Notes: generated by a model from the sequence alone, not told the origin. A stretch of DNA of 64,000 nt from Clostridia bacterium (GCA_017404065.1 JAFRDB010000128.1:63-64062), one strand, 5' to 3'; shown: positions 33,289 through 42,515, numbered from the stretch's first letter. Made by a program: numbers and translations.

Positions 33289-35403
33289 TTAGTTCGTATA
33301 TGAGAGGAAGTACTGGTAGATGATACATGCAGCCTGAGCTCTTGTTGCAGTCTCCTGCGGAGCAAATCTGCCATCATCCATACCGTTGATTACGCTTGCA
33401 GCGCTGAGAACATTAACAGCCTCTACAGCATAACCACTGATCGTATAAGCATCTGTGAACGATGCCGGAGCGCTTGATGTCTTAAGCGTGATGTTCTTAA
33501 TAGTTATAGCTCTGTACATCATCGCTGCCATCTGCTCGCGCGTTATAAGTGCATTCGGATCAAATTCCGTATCCGATACACCCATTACTATACCTGTTGC
33601 CGCTGCTGCCTCTACGTAGCCATAGAACCAATCTGTCGGAGCAACATCAGTAAATGTCGGTGCTGCAGGGTTCTTCTCACCTATACCAAATGTAATACAT
33701 ACCATCTTAGCAAACTGAGCTCTTGTTACCGGTGCAAGCGGCTCAAATGTTGTATCTGATGTGCCGTTTACTATACCGTTGCCTGCAAGAGTGTTTATAG
33801 CAGGTAATGCCCACGGAACACTGTCAAGGTCTGTGAAGTTTGCAGCCGGTGTAGTTACTTGTGATCCTGCCACACCTGAAGTTGAGCTGCCGCTTGCGAT
33901 TGTTGAACCGCCGTGGCTGCCGCCGCCACCGCCGCCTGAAGGTCTTGATGTCGGTCTTGCTGTCGGTGTTGCTGTCGGTCTTGCTGTCGGTGCAACTGTC
34001 GGTGCAGCTGTCGGTGCAACAAAGTCTACCGAAGTAACATCCTCAGGCTGAAGCTGGTTATCGCCTGTCATATATGCAGCACCCATCGATACTTTTGTTC
34101 CGTTCATACCCTTGATAACGAGCTTATTGATGATATCGTTTACAACGTCATCCACATAAGCTGTTCCATCAGGTTTGAGACCACTCTGTATATTCTCGAA
34201 CTCTTCTTCTGTGAGCTCCTTGCCGTCAAGGAATGCTGCATAATCTTCACCATACTTAGCATCTGCACCATTCTTTGTAACCTTTACATATACACCCGCC
34301 GGTGTCTTGCCTGAAGGTACACTGACGATATCTGATACCGCCACCTCGTTGTCACCGGTGAATGCCGGTACCTCTGTCGGAGCCTGTGTCGGAGCTTCTG
34401 TTGCAGTTGCCCATGCAGGGATCATTACCCAACCAAGATCTGCTGTACTCTTTGTGCTTGATATCGACTTGAAGTTTCCGTCCGTGATCTGAACCTTTGT
34501 CTGTTCGATCTTGAACGCACCTGTACCAGCCGGTACTGTGATCTTATATGTAGCAAGCAGCTTATCCTCTGTTGTTGAACCTGATGTGTTCGAGAAGTTG
34601 AAGTTTACAACACCTTCTGAAAGCTTATCAGTATTTATCGTCGGACTTGACTGTATAGCTACATCTACCTCTGCCGCTGTTGCAGTTGTAATGCCCATCT
34701 GCAGATTTACTGCTGCGCCAGAAACAGAATCAACGCCTACATAGTAAGCCTTTACTACCTTCTCAGTCTCTGTACTGTTGTCAGCATCATATACAAGCTG
34801 TACACCTGCGTTTACAACTGAAGGTGTAGCTGTCGGCTCAGGAGCCTCTGTTGCATTCGGATCTGTCCACTTCGGAACTGTCAGAGTCATAAGCTGAGCC
34901 GTGCTCTTTGTGCTTGATATCGACTTGAAGTTTCCATCTGTGATCTGAACCTTTGTCTGCTCTACTGTGAACTCATCCGTACCAGCCGGTACTGTGATCT
35001 TATATGTAGCAAGCAGCTTATCCTCTGTTGTTGAACCTGATGTGTTCGAGAAGTTGAAGTTTACAACACCTTCTGAAAGCTTATCAGTATTTACCGTCGG
35101 ACTTGACTTTATGGCTACATCCACCTCTGCCGCTGTTGCAGTTGTGATGCTCATCTGCAGATTTACTGCTGCGCCCGAAACCGAATCAACGCCTACATAG
35201 TAAGCCTTGATTACCTTCTCCGTGTCTGTACTGTTATCCTCATCGTATACCAGTTTAACACCTGACGTGACTTCTTCTACAGTCTCAGCGGTTACAAGCA
35301 ATTCTTCGTTATCGGCATTGGCAAATACGCCTGTCATGCCGGTACCGATCGATGCCGCAACCGATAAGGCTGCAATAAAAGCAACTATCTTATTTCTTTT
35401 CAT
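33289..35403 (-). CDS. Cell-wall-anchored surface protein: signal peptide, two tandem cohesin-like modules, middle domain, Pro/Thr + Gly-rich linker, three C-terminal SLH domains
   Basis: ATG 35403 (MKRNKIVAFIAALSVAASIG) has an AAAGGAAGGA RBS. The SLH triplet is FTDLDSVPWALPAINTLAGNGIVNG, FTDVAPTDWFYGYVEAAAATGIVMG and FTDAYTISGYAVEAVNVLSAASVING. The repeat modules contain GAAVNLQM...VVNFNFSNTSGSTTEDKLLATYKITVPAGT, which is cohesin-like (tentative). Confidence 0.7.
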   Translation of the reverse strand: MKRNKIVAFIAALSVAASIGTGMTGVFANADNEELLVTAETVEEVTSGVKLVYDEDNSTDTEKVIKAYYVGVDSVSGAAVNLQMSITTATAAEVDVAIKSSPTVNTDKLSEGVVNFNFSNTSGSTTEDKLLATYKITVPAGTDEFTVEQTKVQITDGNFKSISSTKSTAQLMTLTVPKWTDPNATEAPEPTATPSVVNAGVQLVYDADNSTETEKVVKAYYVGVDSVSGAAVNLQMGITTATAAEVDVAIQSSPTINTDKLSEGVVNFNFSNTSGSTTEDKLLATYKITVPAGTGAFKIEQTKVQITDGNFKSISSTKSTADLGWVMIPAWATATEAPTQAPTEVPAFTGDNEVAVSDIVSVPSGKTPAGVYVKVTKNGADAKYGEDYAAFLDGKELTEEEFENIQSGLKPDGTAYVDDVVNDIINKLVIKGMNGTKVSMGAAYMTGDNQLQPEDVTSVDFVAPTAAPTVAPTARPTATPTARPTSRPSGGGGGGSHGGSTIASGSSTSGVAGSQVTTPAANFTDLDSVPWALPAINTLAGNGIVNGTSDTTFEPLAPVTRAQFAKMVCITFGIGEKNPAAPTFTDVAPTDWFYGYVEAAAATGIVMGVSDTEFDPNALITREQMAAMMYRAITIKNITLKTSSAPASFTDAYTISGYAVEAVNVLSAASVINGMDDGRFAPQETATRAQAACIIYQYFLSYTN
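34350..35259. repeat. 2 x 456-bp near-identical tandem duplication inside the SLH protein gene
   Basis: The antisense track ORFs 34511-34744 and 34967-35200 are almost the same 77-aa string. The protein repeats are VKLVYDEDNSTDTEKVIKAYYVGVDSVSGAAVNLQM... and VQLVYDADNSTETEKVVKAYYVGVDSVSGAAVNLQM... Confidence 0.85.
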
Positions 35404-35450
35404 TTTGCATTTATCCTTCCTTTGATTTTTTTGGAAAAATCCCATAACTT

Positions 35451-35488
35451 CAATTGAATGGTAACAGCATCACTGTTACCATTCAATT
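35451..35488 (-). other. 16-bp perfect hairpin between the dockerin-protein gene and the SLH-protein gene (no U-tract)
   Basis: CAATTGAATGGTAACAG-CATCA-CTGTTACCATTCAATT. It may be a processing or stability element, or a weak terminator. Confidence 0.4.
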
Positions 35489-35506
35489 TAATTACCATTA
35501 ATAAAA

Positions 35507-36166
35507 TTATTCAACAACTATATCAATTGTAGAACCTGTGTTACCGATATTCTCTTCGAATTCAGCTATATATCTTGCAATGAAAACGCCATCCGATACG
35601 CCAACTTCCTGGTCATCATCAACGTCACCATAGACGAAATCAGCATCATCAGCTGTCTTAGCCTCTGCACCCGCATTACCGATATTCTCTTCAAATTCAG
35701 CTATATATCTTGCAACAAATACACCGTCCGATACACCGATCTCATCGTCATCATCAACGTCACCGATGTAAACAGTCTTTGTGTCCTTCTCGACCGGCTC
35801 GCCGCCTATAGTAAATGAAGCTGTCTTAACTGTGCCGTCGCCGCCGACACGGATATAATATGTACCGTCAACTATCTTGGATGCATCAAGCTTGATCTCG
35901 CTAAAGCCTTGGCTCTCATCATCCTGATCGATCTGGAAAATGTTAGCTTCTGCAACTGTGCCGTCTGTATCTACAACAAGCAGAGTCGTTGAATTCTCGG
36001 TTGACTTTACAGCACTATCAAGAGTGATAACACCGGTATCTGTGTCATACTTACCTGCAAAATCGCCGGAAACAGAAACCTCAGCTGCCATAGCGGAGAT
36101 AGCCATTGCTGCCGAAACAGCTGTTATAGCCGCTGTTGACAGCATGATTTTTGTGAATTTCTTCAT
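35507..36166 (-). CDS. Small secreted protein with C-terminal atypical (poly-Asp loop) dockerin
   Basis: ATG 36166 (MKKFTKIMLSTAAITAVSAAMAISAMA). The C-terminus holds two 24-residue segments, GDVDDDDEIGVSDGVFVARYIAEF and GDVDDDQEVGVSDGVFIARYIAEF, 46 aa apart. This matches the duplicated F-hand layout of dockerins (GD.N.DG.....D......Y). Confidence 0.6.
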   Translation of the reverse strand: MKKFTKIMLSTAAITAVSAAMAISAMAAEVSVSGDFAGKYDTDTGVITLDSAVKSTENSTTLLVVDTDGTVAEANIFQIDQDDESQGFSEIKLDASKIVDGTYYIRVGGDGTVKTASFTIGGEPVEKDTKTVYIGDVDDDDEIGVSDGVFVARYIAEFEENIGNAGAEAKTADDADFVYGDVDDDQEVGVSDGVFIARYIAEFEENIGNTGSTIDIVVE

Positions 36167-36265
36167 TGTTTTACCCCTTTTCTTTTTAGACTTGATTATG
36201 ATCTGCGAATATGCCAAAATTGCGGACCGTGGCACACTACGCAAATACTATATCCATATACCCGT

Positions 36266-36294
36266 ATTATAAACTATTCTCTTAAGAATTTCAA
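36266..36294 (-). promoter_or_regulatory. Promoter of the dockerin-protein gene
   Basis: Minus strand: TTGAAA (36289-36294), 17 nt, TATAAT (36266-36271). Confidence 0.5.
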
Positions 36295-36370
36295 TATATT
36301 TTTAATATTTATTTTTATTTTAGCATTTTGCACAAAAAATCACCGACAATTTTATATAAGATTATTATAC

Positions 36371-36396
36371 AAAAACCGGGCGGTTTTACCGCCCGG
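36371..36396 (-). terminator. Rho-independent terminator after the 956-aa protein gene
   Basis: Minus strand: CCGGGCGG-TAAAA-CCGCCCGG, followed by T5. Confidence 0.75.
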
Positions 36397-36419
36397 AAAT
36401 TTGGTTATATTATCTCAAT

Positions 36420-39290
36420 TCAGTCGTTTTTATACGGTGTCTGATCCTGATCCCACAGATACTCATTATCGCCAATGGTTTCAGCCGACGGGTCTGCTAC
36501 AGTTGTCACTGTAACGCTCGTAAGAACGCCGTTCTCATCCTTCGTGAAGGAGTACTTATACCATGTTGTAGTAGTATCCGTCGAATTCGGGTTGATGTAT
36601 ACAACGCCGTTATCGATATACGGTGTCCCCTCTGCTGTGACATCGACACTTGTAATTCCTCTGTCATTGAGGTTTCTTGCCTCAATACCCTTTGCCTTTG
36701 CAGCTACCTCAAGCGTCTTTGACGGGTCTGACGGATCTATTCTGTAAACGGTGTAAACCGACTTGCCGCAGTGACCGTCGCTTGATACCGGTGTTTCTAT
36801 AACAACTCTGTACCATGTGCCGCAAACAAGGCTGCCCGAAAGCGTGCCGCCCTTATTGCCGCCTTTGTCTATGTAAGATGCGGTAGCTGTTCCGTTTTCA
36901 TTACCTGTGAGCACAAATGTCGCGCCTAATTTGTCACCATTAGTATTCTTTTCCGCTAATGAGAGCTTATCGCCCGCATTTACAAGAACATCATACACCA
37001 CGTATGTCGAATTGCCCTTCTGCTTCTCGTGATATGCGTTGATAGTGCCCGCAACAGCCGGCTTAGCCTCGCTGTGGTTGAGCTTGGTTTCCGGTGTGCC
37101 GTTTACTTCCGCAAACGCGTCTGTAACAGCTCTGCCGTCCTTTGCAACAAGGTCAATGTTTGAGCCTTCAACCTCTGATGCCGGCTCCGGTGTTGCGGCC
37201 GGCTCCGGTGTTACAACTGTCTCGATAAGGCTGTACTCCTTGGATGTTACAAATGATGCCATGTTATCAATATAAACATCACCTGTTACACTTGTTCCAA
37301 AGCTTGTAACACCCTTTTTATCAAGGCCTCTCGGTGAAAGACCTGTGAGCTGTGCTGCTACACCGGCTGCCTTTGACGGGTCAGCGGAGTCAATTCTGTA
37401 TACAGTATATGTAAGGTTGCCTGTTGTCGTTGTTGTAGCATCGCCGCCCTGCGGTACCTCAACAAGAACTCTGTACCATGTGCCATGGACAAGCTTCTCA
37501 GCCGCTGACGGCTGGCTGCCTGAGCTGCTTACAACCGCCGATACCGTAACAGCACCCGTAGCATCTGCTGATAGCGTCATTGTAGCCGCCTGTGAGTCGC
37601 CTTTATTACCATACGGTGTTATTGATATCTTTGAATCCGGTGTAAGATTTACATCGTATGCCGCATATATCGAGTTGCCTCTTGCTTTATCCGAATATGC
37701 GCCGATAGCCGTGTTGGCTGTTGACTTAGCCTTCTTAGCTTCGCTGTGGTTAAGTATCTCAGCCGTAGCCTCTATAGCTTCTGTCCAGTCCTCATCAAGG
37801 GATGTGCCCTTAGCAAGTGTCCATGCCGGATCTGCCTTCGTGCCTGTACCCTCAACGCTTGATGCCGCCTCCGGTGTTAATGTAGGAACCGGTGAAGGTG
37901 TAACCACCTCTACCTCGCCGCCGGTACCGATTGCTATGTTATCGACATACGATGTGTTCGGATCCCATGAAACAAGGCTCATCGTTGTGAGCGCTTTAAT
38001 ATCCGTTGTGATCTTACCTCTGCCTACTACAGTCTCTTCAGCACCTGTTACCGAATATGTACCTGTGCCCGACGCAAGATCAACATCGACCGTTGTGTGT
38101 ACCCATGCGCCTGTCTTACAGTTAACTCCGGCTTCTTCTCCGCGTTTTGTGATACCCTGCGTGAACAGACTGCCGAGATTATCCGAATTACTGCCGCTCA
38201 ACGCGCCGTCCGCGAATATGACCTTCAAGCGTCCGTTTGAGCCTACATAGATGTCATAGTCGATAACAATATGTGACTTACCGCTTGTCAAAGCCGAGAA
38301 ATCAAATGTCGCATAGCCGTATGCGGTGTTTTTACTTGAGGTCTGATCAACCTTATATACTATTGAAGTGTTGTCGCCTACTCCGCCTTCTACCGCAGCA
38401 GCCTCAACGGTTGTATAAGCATCGTTCTTTGCAACGGTTACGCCTGCCGCCTCAAAATCAGTCGTATCAAAGTCTATCATTACGGTGTCTGTTATCTCTG
38501 CCGCCGCCGGCGCATCTGTTTCTTCAGGCTCGGGGTCAAATGAATGATCCTCTGCCGCAGGTATGGTTGCTTCTGCCCCGTCTGCCGACGAAAGGATAAC
38601 AAGCTCATCTATGCATACTGTTGCATATACTCCATTGTCGCACTTTGTGTCCGCGTCAAACGGGAGCGGTCTTATGATCGACGGCACGGCAGAAACCACT
38701 TCTCCAACTTGTGTTCCGTCAACATATATCGTTGTAGAACTATCAGCTACTACAAGCTTGACCGTTTTCCACTCATCTGTTCCGAGTGTATCTGATGTGA
38801 TCGTGCCAACAGCACCCAAATCAAGCGCTGCCGTGCTTTTCTCTCCCTCCGTAACCTTCGCACTAAAGCTTATTACAAGAGATTCTCCTTCATCTGCAGC
38901 ATATTGATCCAAGCCCGTTATCTGCGGTTTGCATCTGCTTTGGAAACGATTCTGAGGCATTATAAGATATTTATCCGTTTCGTCTTTCTCATTGATCGTA
39001 ATTGCTGCGGTATCATCGCCTCTGTCGCCATCAAATCCAACAGTCAGATTATCAAGTGTGCGGCTCGCAGGGCTATTGAATATCCACTGCCAGTCCGGAT
39101 TGCCCTCTACCGAGGTATAGTCCGAGCCTGACTGAACCGCAAAAACAGTACCTTCCTCGGTTTTTGCCGAAGTCGGATAACCGTTAAAGCTATTTGAATA
39201 CAGCACAGTATCGCCTTCAGCCATCGCGACAGAAGGCACCAATGACGCTGCCATAGCCGCCGCACTTAGTAATGAAATAATTTTTCTCAT
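36420..39290 (-). CDS. 956-aa secreted protein with four LamG/concanavalin-like lectin-type modules separated by Pro/Glu/Thr linkers. No recognisable anchor.
   Basis: Signal peptide MRKIISLLSAAAMAASLVPSVAMA. Each module ends with a similar strand (VCIDELVILS, SYVDNIAIG, VYIDNMASF, PYIDNGVVY). Modules 3 and 4 are clear paralogues (LNHSEAK...GNS.Y..YDV.....K.S......G...GAT..L......G....S.......G.......LV.GTWYRV..E.P......YTVYRID.SDPSK). WKTVKLVVADSSTTIYVDGTQVGEV is LamG-like. Confidence 0.55.
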   Translation of the reverse strand: MRKIISLLSAAAMAASLVPSVAMAEGDTVLYSNSFNGYPTSAKTEEGTVFAVQSGSDYTSVEGNPDWQWIFNSPASRTLDNLTVGFDGDRGDDTAAITINEKDETDKYLIMPQNRFQSRCKPQITGLDQYAADEGESLVISFSAKVTEGEKSTAALDLGAVGTITSDTLGTDEWKTVKLVVADSSTTIYVDGTQVGEVVSAVPSIIRPLPFDADTKCDNGVYATVCIDELVILSSADGAEATIPAAEDHSFDPEPEETDAPAAAEITDTVMIDFDTTDFEAAGVTVAKNDAYTTVEAAAVEGGVGDNTSIVYKVDQTSSKNTAYGYATFDFSALTSGKSHIVIDYDIYVGSNGRLKVIFADGALSGSNSDNLGSLFTQGITKRGEEAGVNCKTGAWVHTTVDVDLASGTGTYSVTGAEETVVGRGKITTDIKALTTMSLVSWDPNTSYVDNIAIGTGGEVEVVTPSPVPTLTPEAASSVEGTGTKADPAWTLAKGTSLDEDWTEAIEATAEILNHSEAKKAKSTANTAIGAYSDKARGNSIYAAYDVNLTPDSKISITPYGNKGDSQAATMTLSADATGAVTVSAVVSSSGSQPSAAEKLVHGTWYRVLVEVPQGGDATTTTTGNLTYTVYRIDSADPSKAAGVAAQLTGLSPRGLDKKGVTSFGTSVTGDVYIDNMASFVTSKEYSLIETVVTPEPAATPEPASEVEGSNIDLVAKDGRAVTDAFAEVNGTPETKLNHSEAKPAVAGTINAYHEKQKGNSTYVVYDVLVNAGDKLSLAEKNTNGDKLGATFVLTGNENGTATASYIDKGGNKGGTLSGSLVCGTWYRVVIETPVSSDGHCGKSVYTVYRIDPSDPSKTLEVAAKAKGIEARNLNDRGITSVDVTAEGTPYIDNGVVYINPNSTDTTTTWYKYSFTKDENGVLTSVTVTTVADPSAETIGDNEYLWDQDQTPYKND

Positions 39291-39394
39291 TTTTAATCTC
39301 TCCCTTCATAATTACATGCATTGAAAAAGCAATATCTTATAAAGAGGTCCGCTAATCTTTTTGGATATTTCTATTCCAATGTATCATTGTTTTC

Positions 39395-39423
39395 ATTATA
39401 ACACATTTATTATTTAATCTCAA
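39395..39423 (-). promoter_or_regulatory. Promoter of the 956-aa protein gene
   Basis: Minus strand: TTGAGA (39418-39423), 17 nt, TATAAT (39395-39400) with an upstream TG. Confidence 0.5.
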
Positions 39424-39482
39424 CCCTTTTATTTTTTTCCACAGTTTTAACAATATCCTAAACTGATTTTTGTATAAAACGC

Positions 39483-39508
39483 AAAAAGAAGCCGCTTATC
39501 GCAGCTTC
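39483..39508 (-). terminator. Rho-independent terminator after putP
   Basis: Minus strand: GAAGCUGC-GAUAA-GCGGCUUC, followed by U5. Confidence 0.65.
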
Positions 39509-39518
39509 TTTCAGACTA

Positions 39519-41054
39519 TCAATCCTTCATCATCTTTACAGCCTCAAAGTCGTCTATTATCTCCTTTTCCGGCTCGGGTGTAACAAGGCTCACTATCACT
39601 ATCGCGATACAGCCGAAAATAAATGCCGGAAGCAGCTCATATATAGCAAGCACGCCGCCCATGGTTGCTATTACGTACTTCCATACAAATACCATTACGC
39701 CGCCGACTACCATACCGGCAAACGCGCCCCACTTTGTTGTTCTCTTCCAGAACAGAGAAAACAGCATTACCGGACCGAACGCCGCGCCGAAGCCTGCCCA
39801 CGCAAACGATACGATCTTAAATACGTTGCTTTCCGGATTTCTCGCAAGGAATACCGCAATTATAGCTATAGCTACAAGAGTAAGTCTTGCGATAAACATC
39901 GTTGTCTTTTCCTCCATGTTCGGGAACAGCTTTTCCTTTACTATGTTCTGTGATACGGACGAGGATGCAGCAAGCAGCTGCGAATCCGCCGTTGACATGG
40001 TCGCGGCAAGGATACCGGCAAGGATAACGCCGGCAACAAGCGCTGCAAGCACGCCATGTCGGCTGATCAGCTTGGATATCTCCACTATAACTGTCTCAGC
40101 AGATGCTGCTGTTTTGAAGCCGTCCATAACCCCCGCGTGTATCATACCATTTCCTACTACTCCGATCAGAACCGCAACGCCGAGTGATATAACTACCCAT
40201 ATCGACGCAACACGTCTTGAAAGTGTAAGCTTTCTTGTATCCTCTATAGCCATAAATCTTAAAAGGATATGCGGCATACCGAAGTAACCGAGTCCCCACG
40301 CAAGAGTTGAGCATATAGCAAACGAGCTGAACTGTGAGGACGAATTTGTTTCAGCAATATATATATTGTTAAGTGTGAGATAGCCCGGAAGTGACTTTGC
40401 ATTCTCTATTACAGCATTCCACCCTCCGGCATGAGTTATACCGTAGAACAGGACTACTACGAGTGCCACTGTCATTACTATACTCTGCACAAAGTCTGTT
40501 GTACTTGCTGCAAGGAAGCCGCCGAGCATTGTATAAAGGATTATTATAGCCGCGCAGATTATCATTGCCATCATGTAGTCAACACCGAAAAGGGAATTAA
40601 AAAGCTTTCCGCACGCTGCAAAGCCCGATGCGGTATACGGTATAAAGAATATGATTATGACTACTGCTGCAATTACGCTGAGCGCTCTGGACTTGTCCTT
40701 ATAACGCTCCGAAAAGAACGCAGGTATCGTATTTGCACCTATGCGCTCGGAATATCTTCTGAGCTTTTTTGCTACTATGAGCCAGTTGAGATATGTACCT
40801 ATTGATAGACCTATCGCTGTCCACGATGCCTCGGCTATTCCAGCAAAAAGCGCCAGACCCGGCACACCCATCAGGAGATAGCTCGACATATCCGAAGCCT
40901 CCGCGCTCATTGCGGTAACGAAAGGACCAAGCTTTCTTCCGCCGAGATAGAAGTCATCTGTCGTTTTGTTCTTGTTTGAGAACCATACGCCTATACCCAG
41001 CACTAAAAGCAGGTACGCGCATATAGAGATCATAATACACACATTGGTTGACAT
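39519..41054 (-). CDS. putP: Sodium:proline symporter (SSS family)
   Basis: About 13 TM segments. The N-terminal ...DDFYLGGRKLGPFVTAMSAEASDMSSYLLMGVPG is typical of PutP. ATG 41054 has TGGAGGA upstream. Confidence 0.85.
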   Translation of the reverse strand: MSTNVCIMISICAYLLLVLGIGVWFSNKNKTTDDFYLGGRKLGPFVTAMSAEASDMSSYLLMGVPGLALFAGIAEASWTAIGLSIGTYLNWLIVAKKLRRYSERIGANTIPAFFSERYKDKSRALSVIAAVVIIIFFIPYTASGFAACGKLFNSLFGVDYMMAMIICAAIIILYTMLGGFLAASTTDFVQSIVMTVALVVVLFYGITHAGGWNAVIENAKSLPGYLTLNNIYIAETNSSSQFSSFAICSTLAWGLGYFGMPHILLRFMAIEDTRKLTLSRRVASIWVVISLGVAVLIGVVGNGMIHAGVMDGFKTAASAETVIVEISKLISRHGVLAALVAGVILAGILAATMSTADSQLLAASSSVSQNIVKEKLFPNMEEKTTMFIARLTLVAIAIIAVFLARNPESNVFKIVSFAWAGFGAAFGPVMLFSLFWKRTTKWGAFAGMVVGGVMVFVWKYVIATMGGVLAIYELLPAFIFGCIAIVIVSLVTPEPEKEIIDDFEAVKMMKD

Positions 41055-41145
41055 TTGTATTCCTCCAGTTTTTCTAAAATCCAAAGTATTATATAATACT
41101 TTTTTGTCTGTGTCAACATAAATTTCATACTTTGAGGAAAAATGC

Positions 41146-41174
41146 TTGACTTTATGCTACTGTATGATTATAAT
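41146..41174 (+). promoter_or_regulatory. tal promoter
   Basis: TTGACT (41146-41151), 17 nt, TATAAT (41169-41174). Confidence 0.55.
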
Positions 41175-41225
41175 ATTAACAAAGGAGCGTAAGCTTCAAA
41201 ACAAATCTTTCAGGAGGACAGATCA

Positions 41226-41873
41226 ATGAAATTATTTATCGATACAGCCATTGTTGACGAGATAAGAGAAGTCAATGATATGGGCGTTATCTGCGGAGTG
41301 ACAACAAACCCGTCGCTTATCGCGAAATCAGGCAGAAAATTTGAGGATGTTGTAAAGGAGATCACAACAATAGTTGACGGTCCGATCAGCGCAGAGGTAA
41401 CAGCAAAGGATCCGGATGAGATGGTAGAGCAGGCTAAGCCGCTCGCAGCTCTGCACAAGAACATTATCATAAAGATACCGTTCAACAAGGAAGGTCTTAT
41501 CGCTTGCAAGAAGATGACCGCGCTCGGCATCAAAACAAACGTAACGCTTATATTCTCAGCGGCACAGGCGCTCCTTGCTGCAAAGGCGGGCGCTACATAC
41601 GTAAGCCCGTTCCTCGGCAGACTTGATGATATCGGCACTGACGGAATGAATCTCATTGAGGAGATCGTGGACGTGTTTGACGCAGATCCGGCTATAAACA
41701 CGGAGATAATCGCGGCATCGGTAAGAAATCCGATCCACGTTATTGAGGCGGCAAGGCTCGGCTGCGATATAGCGACCGTTCCATACAAGGTAATTATGCA
41801 GATGCTTAATCATCCGCTTACAGACAAGGGTATAGCACAGTTCGATAAAGACTGGGCAACGGTACCGAGATAA
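41226..41873 (+). CDS. tal: Transaldolase / fructose-6-phosphate aldolase (short TalC/Fsa type)
   Basis: MKLFIDTA...GVTTNPSLI...KIP (Schiff-base Lys region). 215 aa. Confidence 0.85.
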   Translation: MKLFIDTAIVDEIREVNDMGVICGVTTNPSLIAKSGRKFEDVVKEITTIVDGPISAEVTAKDPDEMVEQAKPLAALHKNIIIKIPFNKEGLIACKKMTALGIKTNVTLIFSAAQALLAAKAGATYVSPFLGRLDDIGTDGMNLIEEIVDVFDADPAINTEIIAASVRNPIHVIEAARLGCDIATVPYKVIMQMLNHPLTDKGIAQFDKDWATVPR

Positions 41874-41889
41874 ATTTAGATTTAAAACA

Positions 41890-41930
41890 CCCCCGAGATC
41901 AGCTCTACACTGATTTCGGGGGCGTTTTTT
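41890..41930 (+). terminator. Rho-independent terminator after tal
   Basis: CCCCCGAGATCAG-loop-CTGATTTCGGGGG, followed by T6. Confidence 0.75.
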
Positions 41931-41934
41931 GTAT

Positions 41935-42158
41935 ACAGCTTGTAGACTTGCCCTCTATTATCTATGTTTTCAATATTTATCAAGCGTATATCCTCGTCTA
42001 TAGCATATATTACTCTGTAATTGCGTACCTTTCAGTTTTTTAATATCTCCATTCGGGATCGTGTAAATGGCTTTATAAAGTCTTAATCGTTGCTGCCTAT
42101 TTTGTTTATCAAGAAACTTTTGGGCTTTCTTCTCAAATCTGATCTTGTAAGACAGTAT
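41935..42158 (-). pseudogene. Decayed RelE/ParE-family toxin gene (start codon lost, frameshifted, no antitoxin)
   Basis: Minus-strand translation gives (I)LSYKIRFEKKAQKFLDKQNRQQRLRLYKAIYTIPNGDIKKLKGT in one frame, then IYAIDEDIRLINIENIDNRGQVYKLY in another. Together these match the RelE/ParE pattern (..F.K.L.KL......RI...I..L....GD.K.L.G....YR.RVGDYRIIY.I.....I.I..I..RG..Y). The first codon is ATA, not ATG. Confidence 0.6.
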
Positions 42159-42342
42159 GCAAAAACCAACCCAAATTTAAAAACCGCAAGGTGTTTTATC
42201 TTACGGTGATATTACCAAAACCGATATCGCCCCAATAACCCTTTTCGCCTCTTAACACCTTAATCTTATATTACTACAACATTCAAACAATGTCTATGAT
42301 ATGTTCTAACAAGCTTGAGCTGTTTATATAAGATCAATTTAT

Positions 42343-42372
42343 AAAAAGCTCCCGCAAGCGCGAGAGCTTTTT
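42343..42372. terminator. Bidirectional terminator-like hairpin downstream of rpmF
   Basis: A5-GCTCCCGC...GCGAGAGC-T5 (one mismatch). Confidence 0.45.
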
Positions 42373-42515
42373 ATCTTTTATAATATTAAGCCGGAAATTA
42401 TTAGTTATAAGTCCACGTCAAAGCAAAACTCCAACCTACTTCGCGCTAAATAATTATAATTATTCTCAACGCGCCGCACTAAGCGCAGCTGTTTGCGCAA
42501 GACCGGAACATATAA

